DNA of 64,000 nucleotides from Owenia fusiformis (Eukaryota): NCBI GenBank assembly GCA_903813345.2, contig CAIIXF020000001.1, positions 35,774,001 to 35,838,000 of the forward strand, read 5' to 3'. Shown piece by piece: positions 38,135 to 49,699 of this stretch (position 1 is its first letter; each line of letters starts with the position of its first letter). The notes under the pieces were generated by a model. It saw only the letters and a program-made list of their open reading frames with translations, ran no database searches and was not told where the DNA came from. The position numbers and the translations under genes were made by a program.

Positions 38135-38312
38135 CCTGAAATGCAAATCAGAATAATTTATGTAATGCATGTCAGGACATACTTAAGGCTATTGGACCTG
38201 TACTGGATGGCAAATGTAAAATAGTTCTGTCTCCAATCTGAACAATGACATTGAATGTAAAGAAGTTTTATCTCCAGCATGAAATACTTCCTACTATTAG
38301 TTAGAGACCCAT

Positions 38313-38335
38313 NNNNNNNNNNNNNNNNNNNNNNN
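38313..38335. other. Assembly gap (23 N)
   Basis: Run of N characters. Confidence 1.
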
Positions 38336-38383
38336 TGTAAAAGCTTCTTTCAAACCTCAGTTACTTTGCATTTTTCATTACAG

Positions 38384-41206
38384 ATATATTGCAATATGTC
38401 ATCCATTTAAAGCCAAGACCCTATGTACCATACGAAATAGCTACAAGGCTATTTTTGCGGTGTGGATTTGTGCTGGTGTTATATCTGTTCCTACGGCCTT
38501 TGTGATTGTAAGTTAAATTCTGATATTCTATCTTGAACTTAGTATTCTTTATACAGAGATAAGAATAGTATGCTGGACGACAAACTGAGGAACAACATTG
38601 GCTAACGCATTATTACCTTTCTGACAGATAAATTATTGTTAGAACTAAAATCACACGAGATCCTTGGTGACCGATATTGAATTTCAAATGTCCAGGATTA
38701 AAGTTTCTTATAAGTGCAACTATTTATTTTATTAGACAGAAGTAGAATACTTTGGGGGTCTCCCACAATGTGACCTGTACGTATCCAGTGATATATATGC
38801 CAGGCTCTTTAGCCTGCACCTGCTTTTGGTGGTATTGTGCATCCCCCTAGTGATAATGTCAGCCATGTATGCTTTGACAACACAGACGTTGTGGTGGAGC
38901 ATCAGTAATGCACACAAATTGAAGGAAGCCGGGTAATGCTACTTAATTATTACATGTTGACATTTATAATATAGAAATAAAAAAAAATTCTGTAAACATG
39001 ATGATTAATTTAAATGGCATACTTCTTTTATATGCCATTGGGGTATTGAGACATGTTGCATATTTTGTATCTTAATGATAAATAGATAAATAAATAAATA
39101 AATGACTAGAAATAAAATTAAAGTTATGTTTAAACAGTGAAGCTGGACAAGGTAATGGAAGGGTGCAGACTAACTACAAACAACAGGAAGATATAAATGG
39201 AAGAATACAAGTAAGTTTAACCTGTACGCTTATTATAACCTGCAAGTAACCTATGATCATTGATTTTCGTGTATTAATTTTGTACTATATCCTATTGTTA
39301 ACAGTGGTTAATAAGCTTAAGGTGGGCTGGGTAAAATTGTAATTAATTTTTATATTTTATAGTTGAATTGTAAAACTGACCACTATAAATAAATAAATAA
39401 ACTAAACTATATAACGATTTGGTTCTTTGATAACTCAAGACGGATTTGGATCAAATTTCATATGCTGATGACTAGGAACACAGTAACTCTGTTCAAATAT
39501 GAATTTTCAAGATGGCGGCTGAATTTCAAAATGGCCACGGCTTTTCCTGAAAAACAACAAGTAATCTGAGGTACCAGTGAGCGGATTTTGTTCAAATGTA
39601 TAATGCCTAGAGACACTGTAGCTCTCTTCGAGAAAGATTTTTTCAAGATAGCGCCTGAATTTCAAATTGGCCGCCATTTTTCGTAAAGGAAGATAATCTT
39701 TGATAACTCAAATGCCAATTGACTGATTTGGTTCTGATTTTATTTGTAAAGTCCAATGGTCAAAGGAGCTCTGATAAAGAAGACATATTCAACATGGCCA
39801 CTGAATTTCAAAATGGCTGCCATTTTCATCTTTGATAACTCAAATGCCAGTAGACGGGTATGGTTCTAGTCTTATAGCTTTGCCAAAGATATATATATAG
39901 CTTTGCCAAAGAAGGGATTTTCAAGATGGAGGTAAAATTTTAAGACGGCCACTGAATTTCAAAATGGATGCCATTTTTCAGAAAAAACGTAATCTTTGAT
40001 AAATCAAATACCAGTGGATATATGCTGATGCTTAGAGAAAAGGGAGGTCTCCTCAGGAAGTCATCTTCAAAATATTTATCAAAATGGCCGCCATTTGTCG
40101 TTAAAAATCTAATCTCTGATAAATCAAATACCAGTACGCAGACTTGGTTCAAATTGTGTATGCTGCTACATAAGGACAAAGGGCCTCTGCCCAAAAAGAG
40201 ATTTTCAAGATGGCAGCTGAATTTTAAAATGACCGCCATTTTTCGGAAAACATGATCTTTTCTAATTTAAATACTAGTGGACAAATTTGGTTCAAATTTT
40301 ATATGCTCATATGCTTTGTTCAAGAAGAAATTTTCAAGATGGCCACTAATTATCAAAATATGTTTTGTTCAGTGGTATTTACTACTCCATGAACACTTGA
40401 CTCTGGACACTTGCTTAGGAAATGAACACTACATTTCTAAATGACCAGTATTGACCATATTAAAACATGTTCCCCTGCTTTGCTTTAAATACACATATGA
40501 TTACAGCTATCATATCAAGAGGCAAATGGTCTGGCAAGTCCCTTTAAATAACAAAAGCATCAGCAAATTGGTGTTTAAGTTATTTCAACATAAAATATAT
40601 TGGCTTTGGCTTAGGATATTGGAATATGTATCTGGTAATTATAATGGGCCTAAAATTCTGTTATGATATAATTTTTCTTTTTAGGTCATCAAAATGTTAA
40701 TTATGGTTGTTGCCATATTCATTATTTGTTGGGCTCCAGTAAGAGTGATAGCGGTGTGTGACGTATTTGGCAAGATAGCTTTATCACAGGACGTGAAGAA
40801 ACACCTAAATACAGCGATGGCAGCTTTGGCGTACAGCAATAGCTGTCTGAATCCGATCATATACTGTTTCATGTTGAAGTAAGAATATATCAAATTACAC
40901 GACTTGGCTATAAACTTTCTATTTTTAAATATCGAAACAATTAAAAATATTTAGTAAACTAGTAAATATTTCTGCTCTTAACCTCATTTTCTACATAATA
41001 GATAATATGATAAATAATTATTTAACAAATAATTAATATATAGAATAATAATGCGTGATTCCAGACAGTTCAGAAGAGGATTTCTCCATATAATTTCATG
41101 TGGAAAGCATATTGATGGACCTTACACTGATCGAGATCGCAGTTCTTTCAGCCTCAAATCTGCCAATACAGGAACAGAGTCAATCGCTGATTCGTCACAC
41201 ATGTGA
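38384..41206 (+). CDS. Class A (rhodopsin-like) peptide-type GPCR, 3' half (end of TM3 to C-terminus)
   Basis: Exons 38384-38507 (RYIAICHPFKAK..VWICAGVISVP), 38736-38932 (ECL2 Cys; TM5 LVVLCIPLVIMSAMY), 39138-39210, 40685-40878 (VIKMLIMVVAIFIICWAP..NSCLNPIIYCFM) and 41065-41206 (QFRRGF..stop). Phases are consistent. Confidence 0.92.
39400..40360. repeat. Degenerate tandem repeat of ~130-150-bp units in a GPCR intron
   Basis: Recurring TTTTCAAGATGGC..CTGAATTTCAAAATGGCC.CC and ATCTTTGATAA.TCAAAT.CCAGT motifs. Confidence 0.75.
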
Positions 41207-41290
41207 AAGATTATCAGTGATTTAGCGCATTGTAGTATCTATCAATGGTGCAGGATGCATATCAAATTGACCAAATGATTTAGCACACAG

Positions 41291-42438
41291 GTGATGCAGC
41301 ACAATGCACACAAGTGGAAAATGACCAGTAATGCAGCACAATGCACACAAGTGGAAATTGACCAGTAATGCAGCACAATGCACACACGTGGAAACTGACC
41401 AGTAATGCAGCACAATGCACACAAGTGGAAATTGACCAGTAATGCAGCACAATGCACACAAGTGGAAATTGATCAGTAATGCAGCACAATGCACACACGT
41501 GGAAATTGATCAGTAATGCAGCACAATGCACACAAGTGGAAATTGATCAGTAATGCAGCACAATGCACACAAGTGGAAATTGATCAGTAATGCAGCACAA
41601 TGCACACACGTGGAAATTGACCAGTAATGCAGCACAATGCACACAAGTGGAAATTGATCAGTAATGCAGCACAATGCACACAAGTGGAAATTGATCAGTA
41701 ATGCAGCACAATGCACACACGTGGAAATTGATCAGTAATGCAGCACAATGCACACACGTGGAAATTGATCAGTAATACAGCACAATGCACACAAGTGGAA
41801 ACTGACCAGTAATGCAGCACAATGCACACAAGTGGAAACTGACCAGTAATGCAGCACAATGCATACATTTGGAAACTGACCAGTAATGCAGCACAATGCA
41901 AACATGTGGAAATTGATCAGTAATGCAGCACAATGCACCCAAGTGGAAATTGACCAGTAATGCAGCACAAAGCACCCAAGTGGAAATTGATCAGTAACGC
42001 AGCACAATCCACACAAGTGGAAATTGATCAATAATGCAGCACAATCCACACAAGTGGAAATTGATCAGTAATGCAGTACAATGCACACACGTGGAAACTG
42101 ACCAGTAATGCAGCACAATGCAAACAAGTGGAAACTGACCAGTAATGCAGCACAATGCACGCAAGTGGAAACTGACCAGTAATGCAGCACAATGCATACA
42201 TTTGGAAATTGACCAGTAATGCAGTACAATGCACACACGTGGAAACTGACCAGTAATGCAGCACAATGCAAACAAGTGGAAACTGACCAGTAATGCAGCA
42301 CAATGCACACAAGTGGAAACTGACCAGTAATGCAGCACAATGCATACATTTGGAAATTGACCAGTAATGCAGCACAATGCACATAAGTGGAAATTGATCA
42401 GTAATGTAGCACAATGCACACAAGTGGAAATTGATCAG
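41291..42438. repeat. 37-bp satellite/minisatellite, ~31 copies
   Basis: Unit GTAATGCAGCACAATGCACACAAGTGGAAATTGA(T/C)CA repeated head to tail without spacers. Confidence 0.97.
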
Positions 42439-44849
42439 TTGCTAAGCAGTCATGTGAAATCAATCAATGGGAACTGGTTGGTGATAAAATCAACCTTATA
42501 GAATCTGTAAGTGATGCATAAAACGTGGATGCCAAGATCAGTATATTGTTAACAAAAAAGTTACCACCCTGAAATGAGTTTGAATTTTACAGACATGGAA
42601 AACGAATACGTAACTACATCTTGGTGGTGATATATATCATTGCCATTTGATCATTATTCATGATTGAAATAACACTATTTGTGCACTGGTCCTTTAACAG
42701 AATATATTCATAGCATTATTTGTAATATATTATTTATTAGCTAAAATGTATAAATATGTACAATAGTCCTACGTAAATAATTGCCATTTGTTGTATATAC
42801 GTGTATATGTTTTGTTTAAATATTTACGTTTAATATATATTTGTGATACTTATATTACAAAGGGAAGAGTGGAATGACTTTATTTAAATGCACGTTTACG
42901 GTTAAAATACAAGAACCCCGGAAAATTCCGATGAGTACACGTTTGAGTATCTTGATCATATTATAATGTATTGAAATTCTCACTGGAGAAACTAAATACC
43001 ATACCTGACATGAAACCTTGATTCATTCACTTCCAAATATATCTCATTAGAAAAATATTATTTTTTGTTTCAAACTATGCACTAAAATGTATCCAGAAGA
43101 CGAATCGCCGAGTTAAATTCTGAGCGACAATGGCCAGAAGTATTTCCTTTCGGATCCCTGCGCATTAGCCATATTGTCCAAACTTACATATATATAGTAA
43201 TAACCAAAACCTAAAAATCCAGAAATATGTCCTGTTGAAGAACCATAATTTGTATTACTTGGAACCTTTACATGTGATATTGCTCTACTGGTTCCTGTTC
43301 TTAAAGCAAATTGATTGGAGCTTTTTGATTATGGGGGATTTGAGCAAGGGACGATTATCGGGAAAGTGTTTAAAACATACAATCAGCTAAAAATAACTCA
43401 GTTACGTTTTTTGGCATGGTGCTGCATTTCTAAAATCAAAAGTGAATTCCTCGGGTAGATTTCTTTGAAACAAATTATATTATGTATCAAAATAAATTTA
43501 AAAATAGGCCCTTGCTAACACCCTCAATAACTTTAACACACTCAAATCGATTGACCTGATTATGGCAAAAATAAAACCGATGATTGGAAATAAATCAAGG
43601 ACTGCCCATATTTCTGTTATATTGAAAACAGGGGTTCTGCAACAGGACATAAAACCTTAATGGAAGGTCTTTAGAATCTTGATTATTATCTACTGGTATA
43701 TTGAGATTAGCATGTATTTAATAGGATTACATAACTTTTCGATGTGCTCAATTATACACACAATTACACCAAGATACATTTTTGTGTGACAATTTGACAC
43801 TTTTTAGGAAATTATTTAATTAAATGCAGCATTATTTATCAATCAAATGAATTTCAGATTCCCATTGGTTATCATGAGAATCGCAATTTGGTATTATACA
43901 TGTAGTAGCATAGTTCCCATTATCAAGACTTCTCGGTCAGTATTTTCAGTATCAAAGCATCATTGGGCTAGATCATGTTGTAACAATAGCATAAACGTAC
44001 TTCAGAAAGAACTTCAGGAAGAAAGTTCAGGCATTATTTACTTAAGTCCTTCAAGTCCACTGATGTTCAATGTTCTTATAAAATTGCTCTTTTTCATATT
44101 TTCATATGAGCATTCCAAATATTTAAAAGTCTATACGGGCCCTGGTCCTGAATTACACATTGGACATCCACTAGGCATTTGACCTGTCAAAAGCGCATCA
44201 AAACTGCAAAAAAACAAAAAGCACGTAGTCATTAAAAACAATGAAATCATGTGCGACTTGTGAAAAAGTCCACCCATTTGAGTACAAGATAAACAGGTTA
44301 TTTACTGGGTGAGATTGAATATGGGTTTTATTCCTATGGACAGCATGATATTTTCCGAGGGCCCGGGAAGTTAATATGATTTTCGTGAAAGGAATGGGTG
44401 GGAGAATACAAATTGATATGTGTAGCAAGTGTAACATTTTAGAGGTAAACGATTCGAATATCATTTCTTAAAAAGTGATATTCGATGGTTTCGATTTTCC
44501 AATCTCTTATGGACTCATTCGCTGTACAAGATTGAAGATATCCACTAATGGGTGTGAATGACATTTTTTCAAACCCATAGGGTATTTCTATAGTATATAC
44601 GGGGTTTGGGAAGTCATACAGTTTTTTACCATTCTGGGCACTGCTTTGCAAGTGATTTTGGCCCCAAGTTGTCAAATGCGAACCCCCTGGATTTTTTGAA
44701 AAGTGACCCCTTTGTCAAAAGCTGTCTACGGGCCTGAAACCATTCGTATCAATATCAGCAGTATTCACCTGTCCTGTCTAAATATCAGAAGCAGCACTCA
44801 TAGACATGATATACCATATAAGATGGCATTGATTATCATATACACTTAC

Positions 44850-44968
44850 AAGCATGCTGAAGTGTATGCAGTCATTTCATAGTCACAGGCTCCATATGTG
44901 GCTGACACTCCTGACAACATCAACGCTAGTGATACGAATAAACCGAACAATATTGTAACAGTTGCCAT
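44850..44968 (-). CDS. Candidate first coding exon of a small secreted protein
   Basis: Acceptor TTTGTAG just upstream, then ATG MATVTILFGLFVSLALMLSGVSA (signal-peptide-like) TYGACDYEMTAYTSAC and the donor TT|GTAAGT. No downstream exon was resolved. Confidence 0.45.
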
Positions 44969-45317
44969 CGCAGTAACAATTCCTTCTACAAATACAACAG
45001 AGAAGAATAACAATTTATGATTAACAGCTTCTCCCTTTCCCAATTGTTATTGAGTTCACAAACCAGCTTCAGATTTGATTTACTACTACTACGTTGATCT
45101 GATATTTTTACTTTATCAGCATTGATGTGTATATTAATATGGGAATAAATAATTTACCTTGGCCCTTTGGTGAACTTTTGGGAAATCTTAGATCTAGTAA
45201 GATTTTGTTTGTAAACTCTCTGTTAAAAAGTGATATTTTAGAAAAACGATTCCGTGTGCATGAAAAGCTGAATGTAAATTAACACATTACAGGACACAAA
45301 ATGTACAATATCACCCT

Positions 45318-45800
45318 ATGCAGACTGTGCTGAACGTAAACAAGCGATGTGGATATCATGTGCGCATCCTCACAATTTCCTTTTTATTGGGGAACCTGTA
45401 CACATGTTCAAATGTAGTTGAGTTACAAACATACCTTAATTTGTGAAATATCACGAATTCAAATTTTAAAGTAACCTTTAAAGGCCTCTTCACACATGAA
45501 CGGAACCCCCGACGTCAACTTGCGTGTACTGGCTAATGATAGATCCCATTAGTACGCTGACTGTACATCGTTGGGGCGTATGTATGCGGGAGTACACTTC
45601 GGACGGCTTCGGAAACTTGCGATAAGTTACGCTTCGGTTCGCAAGTCCCCAATCGCCTTAATTATAATGGACAATTTACCGAATTCGCAAGGCTGCGTTT
45701 AGTGGATTCGTTCATACTGTATGTGAGGAGGCCTTAAAGTCCACACCGTTCGCACATGATATCCACACCGCTTATTTTCGTAAAGCACGGTCTGTATAAT
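45318..45800. mobile_element. MITE with ~45-bp inverted ends hosting a nested Harbinger MITE
   Basis: CAGACTGTGCT..AAGCGATGTGGATATCATGTGCG (~45321-45364) vs CGCACATGATATCCACACCGCTT..AGCACGGTCTG (~45751-45794). Confidence 0.6.
45482..45734. mobile_element. PIF/Harbinger-type MITE
   Basis: TAA|AGGCCTCTTCACA ... TGTGAGGAGGCCT|TAA (3-bp TAA TSD). Confidence 0.75.
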
Positions 45801-47925
45801 GATGAATATGTTATTTGAGGTATCGTGCCTAAATCTACATAAACATCAATATCTCGAACTTGTAGTGAAATTTATTTGGTTTTCCTGGATGCATAATGAT
45901 AATTTCAGGGTAAAAGTACACGACCACACCAGACCACAGACCACACCATCAACCCACCCCATTATCAGATCTAGATTCCCCCAACTTTTGGACAATATTC
46001 GCGGTTCGATGTCGATAAATCTTCGATTTCGGCAAACCAAGTACAAGTAAAATAGTTGAAGCTTGTATACCCCACACTATGTTTTGGGAACATATAATAT
46101 AATCTAAACATTTATAAAACTTTTAAGACCTTTTATTGCTATCATAATTACAATTTCATTTTAATACCAAACAAAATGAACATAACAATTAAATAATGCT
46201 AGTAAAATGCAAATGCATATAAATGAAAATAAATAAATGTAATGTTTTTAAAGTAAAGTGTTTATTTTTGTTAAAAAATTTATAAATACCTGTCAGTGAG
46301 CATATATCTATACGTTAAGCTCCAAAGAAAACCAGATTGTCATTAGTTATTCAAAATAAATATAACCCAAATATATATCTTGTGACAGAAACGCCTACGT
46401 AAATATAATACTTCAAATGTAAAAACAATAAGTTGGTTACAAATAAATCAGCAACAATGACATATTGTAAATATTAGTGAACATTCTTTACAAAAACATT
46501 CATCCCTAAAGAGGATCCACTCAACAATCATTGAAATGTAAAATTTAGAAATTATATTCCTACTTAACATTGGAACAATTGATTTTATGCTTGGCTGTCC
46601 ATTGTAGATTTAATTCCTCACTATGTAATCAATCATGGGGTGTGAATCTAAATATGAATCAATTGTAGAAAATAATACCTGGTACTGTGCAAGTCAATCA
46701 AGTATAAGTAAATGTTATTGTGTTTGCAAATAAATATTGGGAACTTGCAGGATATTTGCAGTAAGTAAACAGGAAAAAATTATAAAGTTATAGTAAAATA
46801 ACGGGATAAATGCACAAATTGGATAGCAACTAATGTGGATGCGGTAAGTCAAAGAATAGTGTAACTATGACAAAGATATTTGAATTAAGAATTTTTTGAT
46901 TATCAATTTATGTTTGCTGTCAATTATTCTGTTGCCATGCTGTCAAACTTTACAGTTTTCTAGAATTATTATTTATCAATATTTCATCTACTAACTATTT
47001 TATATCACAGGATATGACAGAATTTTGACAGCCCTGTATAAAACAAGATAATCCGGGTAACCAGATTAGAAAACATTCGATAATAGGCGAAGGTAAGAAA
47101 TGATGATTGACCGGTAACATTAAATCAGTGCTTTTTTAGATAAATGGAAAGTTATACAGCTATTTATATGGCATTTAATACTAAATATAGTGGGCATAAT
47201 TTTTTAGAATTTGTAATCATAATTTTGAATATTTGCTTTATTCATATTGGAAAAAAGACCTGATTTTTTAAATGAAAAACCGATTTTCTCCAATGCCAAA
47301 TTAACCAATTGCATAAGAATTTCTGATGTTCATTTTCTGATTTCTGATGTTCTGATAATCATTTGCATTTGCTTTCGTATATTTAACACGTGATTGAATA
47401 ATAACGGTCCTCATTTATCCGTTATCCTAAAATCCGGTTATATTGTATTAAAAAGTACTAAAATGTTAGATTTTGGCGTATTATCCTCAAATGCAGAGTG
47501 TGATAATCATTTTAACTCACAAGAATATGTACTACATTCACTAAATAATAATAGCATGCGATTAATTCAAAGAAGATGTCAAAGACAATATTGATACCGT
47601 CAATTTTCAAAGGCTTCTCTGCGTCACCGATGAGATATGAGATAGCAGAAAGGGTGAATTTAGAAAAATAACATATTATGTTTGTCTGCTTTTTGATAAT
47701 AGGTGTTTATTGAGTAAAAATGGATAAACAATGTGTACATTTTCATTTTAAAGGCCCTAATATACCTCAGTCACAATTTATTTTCCATATTTGACAAAAT
47801 GGCAACTGACGAAAAATTGATTGCGAAAAACGTTATCTGACATGCGACTTCATTGCTATGAAAAAAAATAATTATTTTAAATATGATAATACTTATTTAT
47901 TTTAGCACCCAACATCATAAAAGAT

Positions 47926-48698
47926 ATGATTGAGTCAATGAAGATACTACTAAGTACCCTGATTGTTTTTATGGCCATTCAAGACTCACAGGCAGTTAAA
48001 AGAAAGAATCTGGCTGAAAGATTCAACATTGAAGCATATGACATCACATCAAATCTCACAGAAATTCAGAAAGAAAAGATTCTGAACTGCACAGCATCAT
48101 TTGAAGTTCTCCTGTGTGAGACACCAAGTGCTTGGTGCTTGTAAGTAAACAATAACACTCACAGGGTGTGATCGAAAGATTTGTCCGCTGTGTGGAGCAT
48201 TACTTTTCACTATTATAGCTTCACAAATTATTTAACTTTTGACGTGTTGAGTTATACCAAACAAAATTACGTACTCCACGCAATGCGTATATCATATGAG
48301 GGTAACCTTCACTTCTGTTTGAAGTCCAATAACGATAGGACTAAAAAATGCAACGCATTGGATCCTCAAATGTCTAATGAGATTTCGACCAATGGTACTA
48401 TTTTAAGTTCACCTACTATTGGGTGTCTTTTCATGTCAATGTAAAATACTGTATTTGAAACATTTGAAATAAAGTGAATTGAATTGAAAAAAACCAACTG
48501 TCCAGAGATGAGAAAAACAGAAAAGCTATCAAATGCATAAAACACATGACTATAATAAAGAGTTAATAATTCTTTTCCAGCTACCATGCCAGAACCATTG
48601 GAATATGGCCTCGTTGTTGCATTCCATTTAATGAGACAATCTCCCCTACCATAACACAGAAGTGTCGGAAAGCAGTGAGTGTACTTCTCAATAAGTAG
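47926..48698 (+). CDS. Small secreted six-cysteine peptide precursor (~110 aa)
   Basis: Acceptor at 47904-47905. Exon 47926-48140 reads MIESMKILLSTLIVFMAIQDSQA-VKRK..NCTASFEVLLCETPSAWC(F), with a phase-2 intron to exon 48581-48698 YHARTIGIWPRCCIPFNETISPTITQKCRKAVSVLLNK*. An upstream donor AAG|GTAAG at ~47093 may close a 5' UTR exon. Confidence 0.7.
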
Positions 48699-49408
48699 TG
48701 GCAGTGGTGAGCATATTCATATAATCAACTTTTCTAAAACAAAGAGCCTCCAAACTTCTTAGAATTTAAGCAAGGGAGAATATTAGTTTAAACATCAGGA
48801 AGTCTGACATCATGGATATGACTGAAGCATGATATCTTACAATGTCATGCAACATATCTCTTGAAAGCCCATGCTACAACTAAAAACATTTGTTACTTTC
48901 TATAGAATCATGAACTACATGTAGTGGTGCTTGTGATCCCTTAATTCTAGTATAGTTGAGGCCTCTTAGTTGTTTGAATATGATTGCTCTTCCAATTTAG
49001 AGAAACAAAGAAATTATGACTAACTTAACTGTGAATCAATCAAAATGATTGGAAGAAAATAAATAAACTTAACAAACTGAGTAACTATGAACCAAAGTTA
49101 TCATCCTTCAATTACAAAGTCCTTCATAGATTTTTAGCAACTAATACATACTTAAAAATTGTGGACTCATAGAGTCAAACATTTGCACTTTTTGTAAAGC
49201 AAATCCTGAAACGATTTGTCATCTTCTGTATGAATGTACTATTGTAAGTGCTTTATTAAATGAAAACGCTTTTTTGTGATGTTCATTTATCGTAATCCTG
49301 AAAAATTCACTCCTATATATCACACATTATTACTTATTGCAACTTATTACTTATCATATATAAATAGACTGCAGGTAATATTTGTTCTTCAAAACGAAGC
49401 TCGCTTAT

Positions 49409-49699
49409 CAGGGGCGGATCTAAGAACCAACAAGGGGGGGGGGCCCAAATTTCAGGTCAGGGAAAAAATTGTCCGCGCTTGCGCGGAAAACATTTTTGGG
49501 CCCCTAACATCCATAAGTGGGCCCAAATTTTGAAATTTTCTTCAAAATTTGGCCTGAAATTAAAAAATAAGGCCTTAAAAGGCCCAGTAATGACCAAAAA
49601 GGCCCACTTTTTGGGGCCTGAAGGCCTTGTTTGGCTCAAAAAAATTTTGGGGCGCACCCGGCCCCCCCCCCCCCCCCCCCCCCCCTTAATCCGCCAGTG
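49409..49699. mobile_element. MITE with CAG(G/T)GGCGGAT-type ends
   Basis: CAGGGGCGGATCTAAG ... CTTAATCCGCCAGTG flanked by CTTAT on both sides. Related ends at ~53470-53922. Confidence 0.65.

Larger units (their letters stand above)
31605..38312 (-). mobile_element. Sola-type (probably Sola1) DNA transposon, at least 6.7 kb, other end lost in the scaffold gap
   Basis: Contains the transposase at 33656-36368. The terminus AAAT|CGTCCCTCTAG..AAAAGGTTCTATGTCC is followed by duplicated subterminal units (31605-31890, 31894-32110). The GTTCTATSTCC-like motif recurs near the gap (GTTCTGTCTCC ~38224, GTTTTATCTCC ~38265). Boundaries are inferred. Confidence 0.7.

Noticed and set aside
41222..42438. 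CRISPR-like regularity and many Cys/His-rich ORFs (MHCAALL..)
   Set aside because: Head-to-tail 37-bp units with no unique spacers and no cas genes, in a eukaryotic context. The ORFs are artefacts of a stop-poor satellite strand.
44130..44736. Paired TIRs of one element (TACGGGCC(C)TG motifs)
   Set aside because: Both motifs are in the same orientation, so they do not form an inverted pair.
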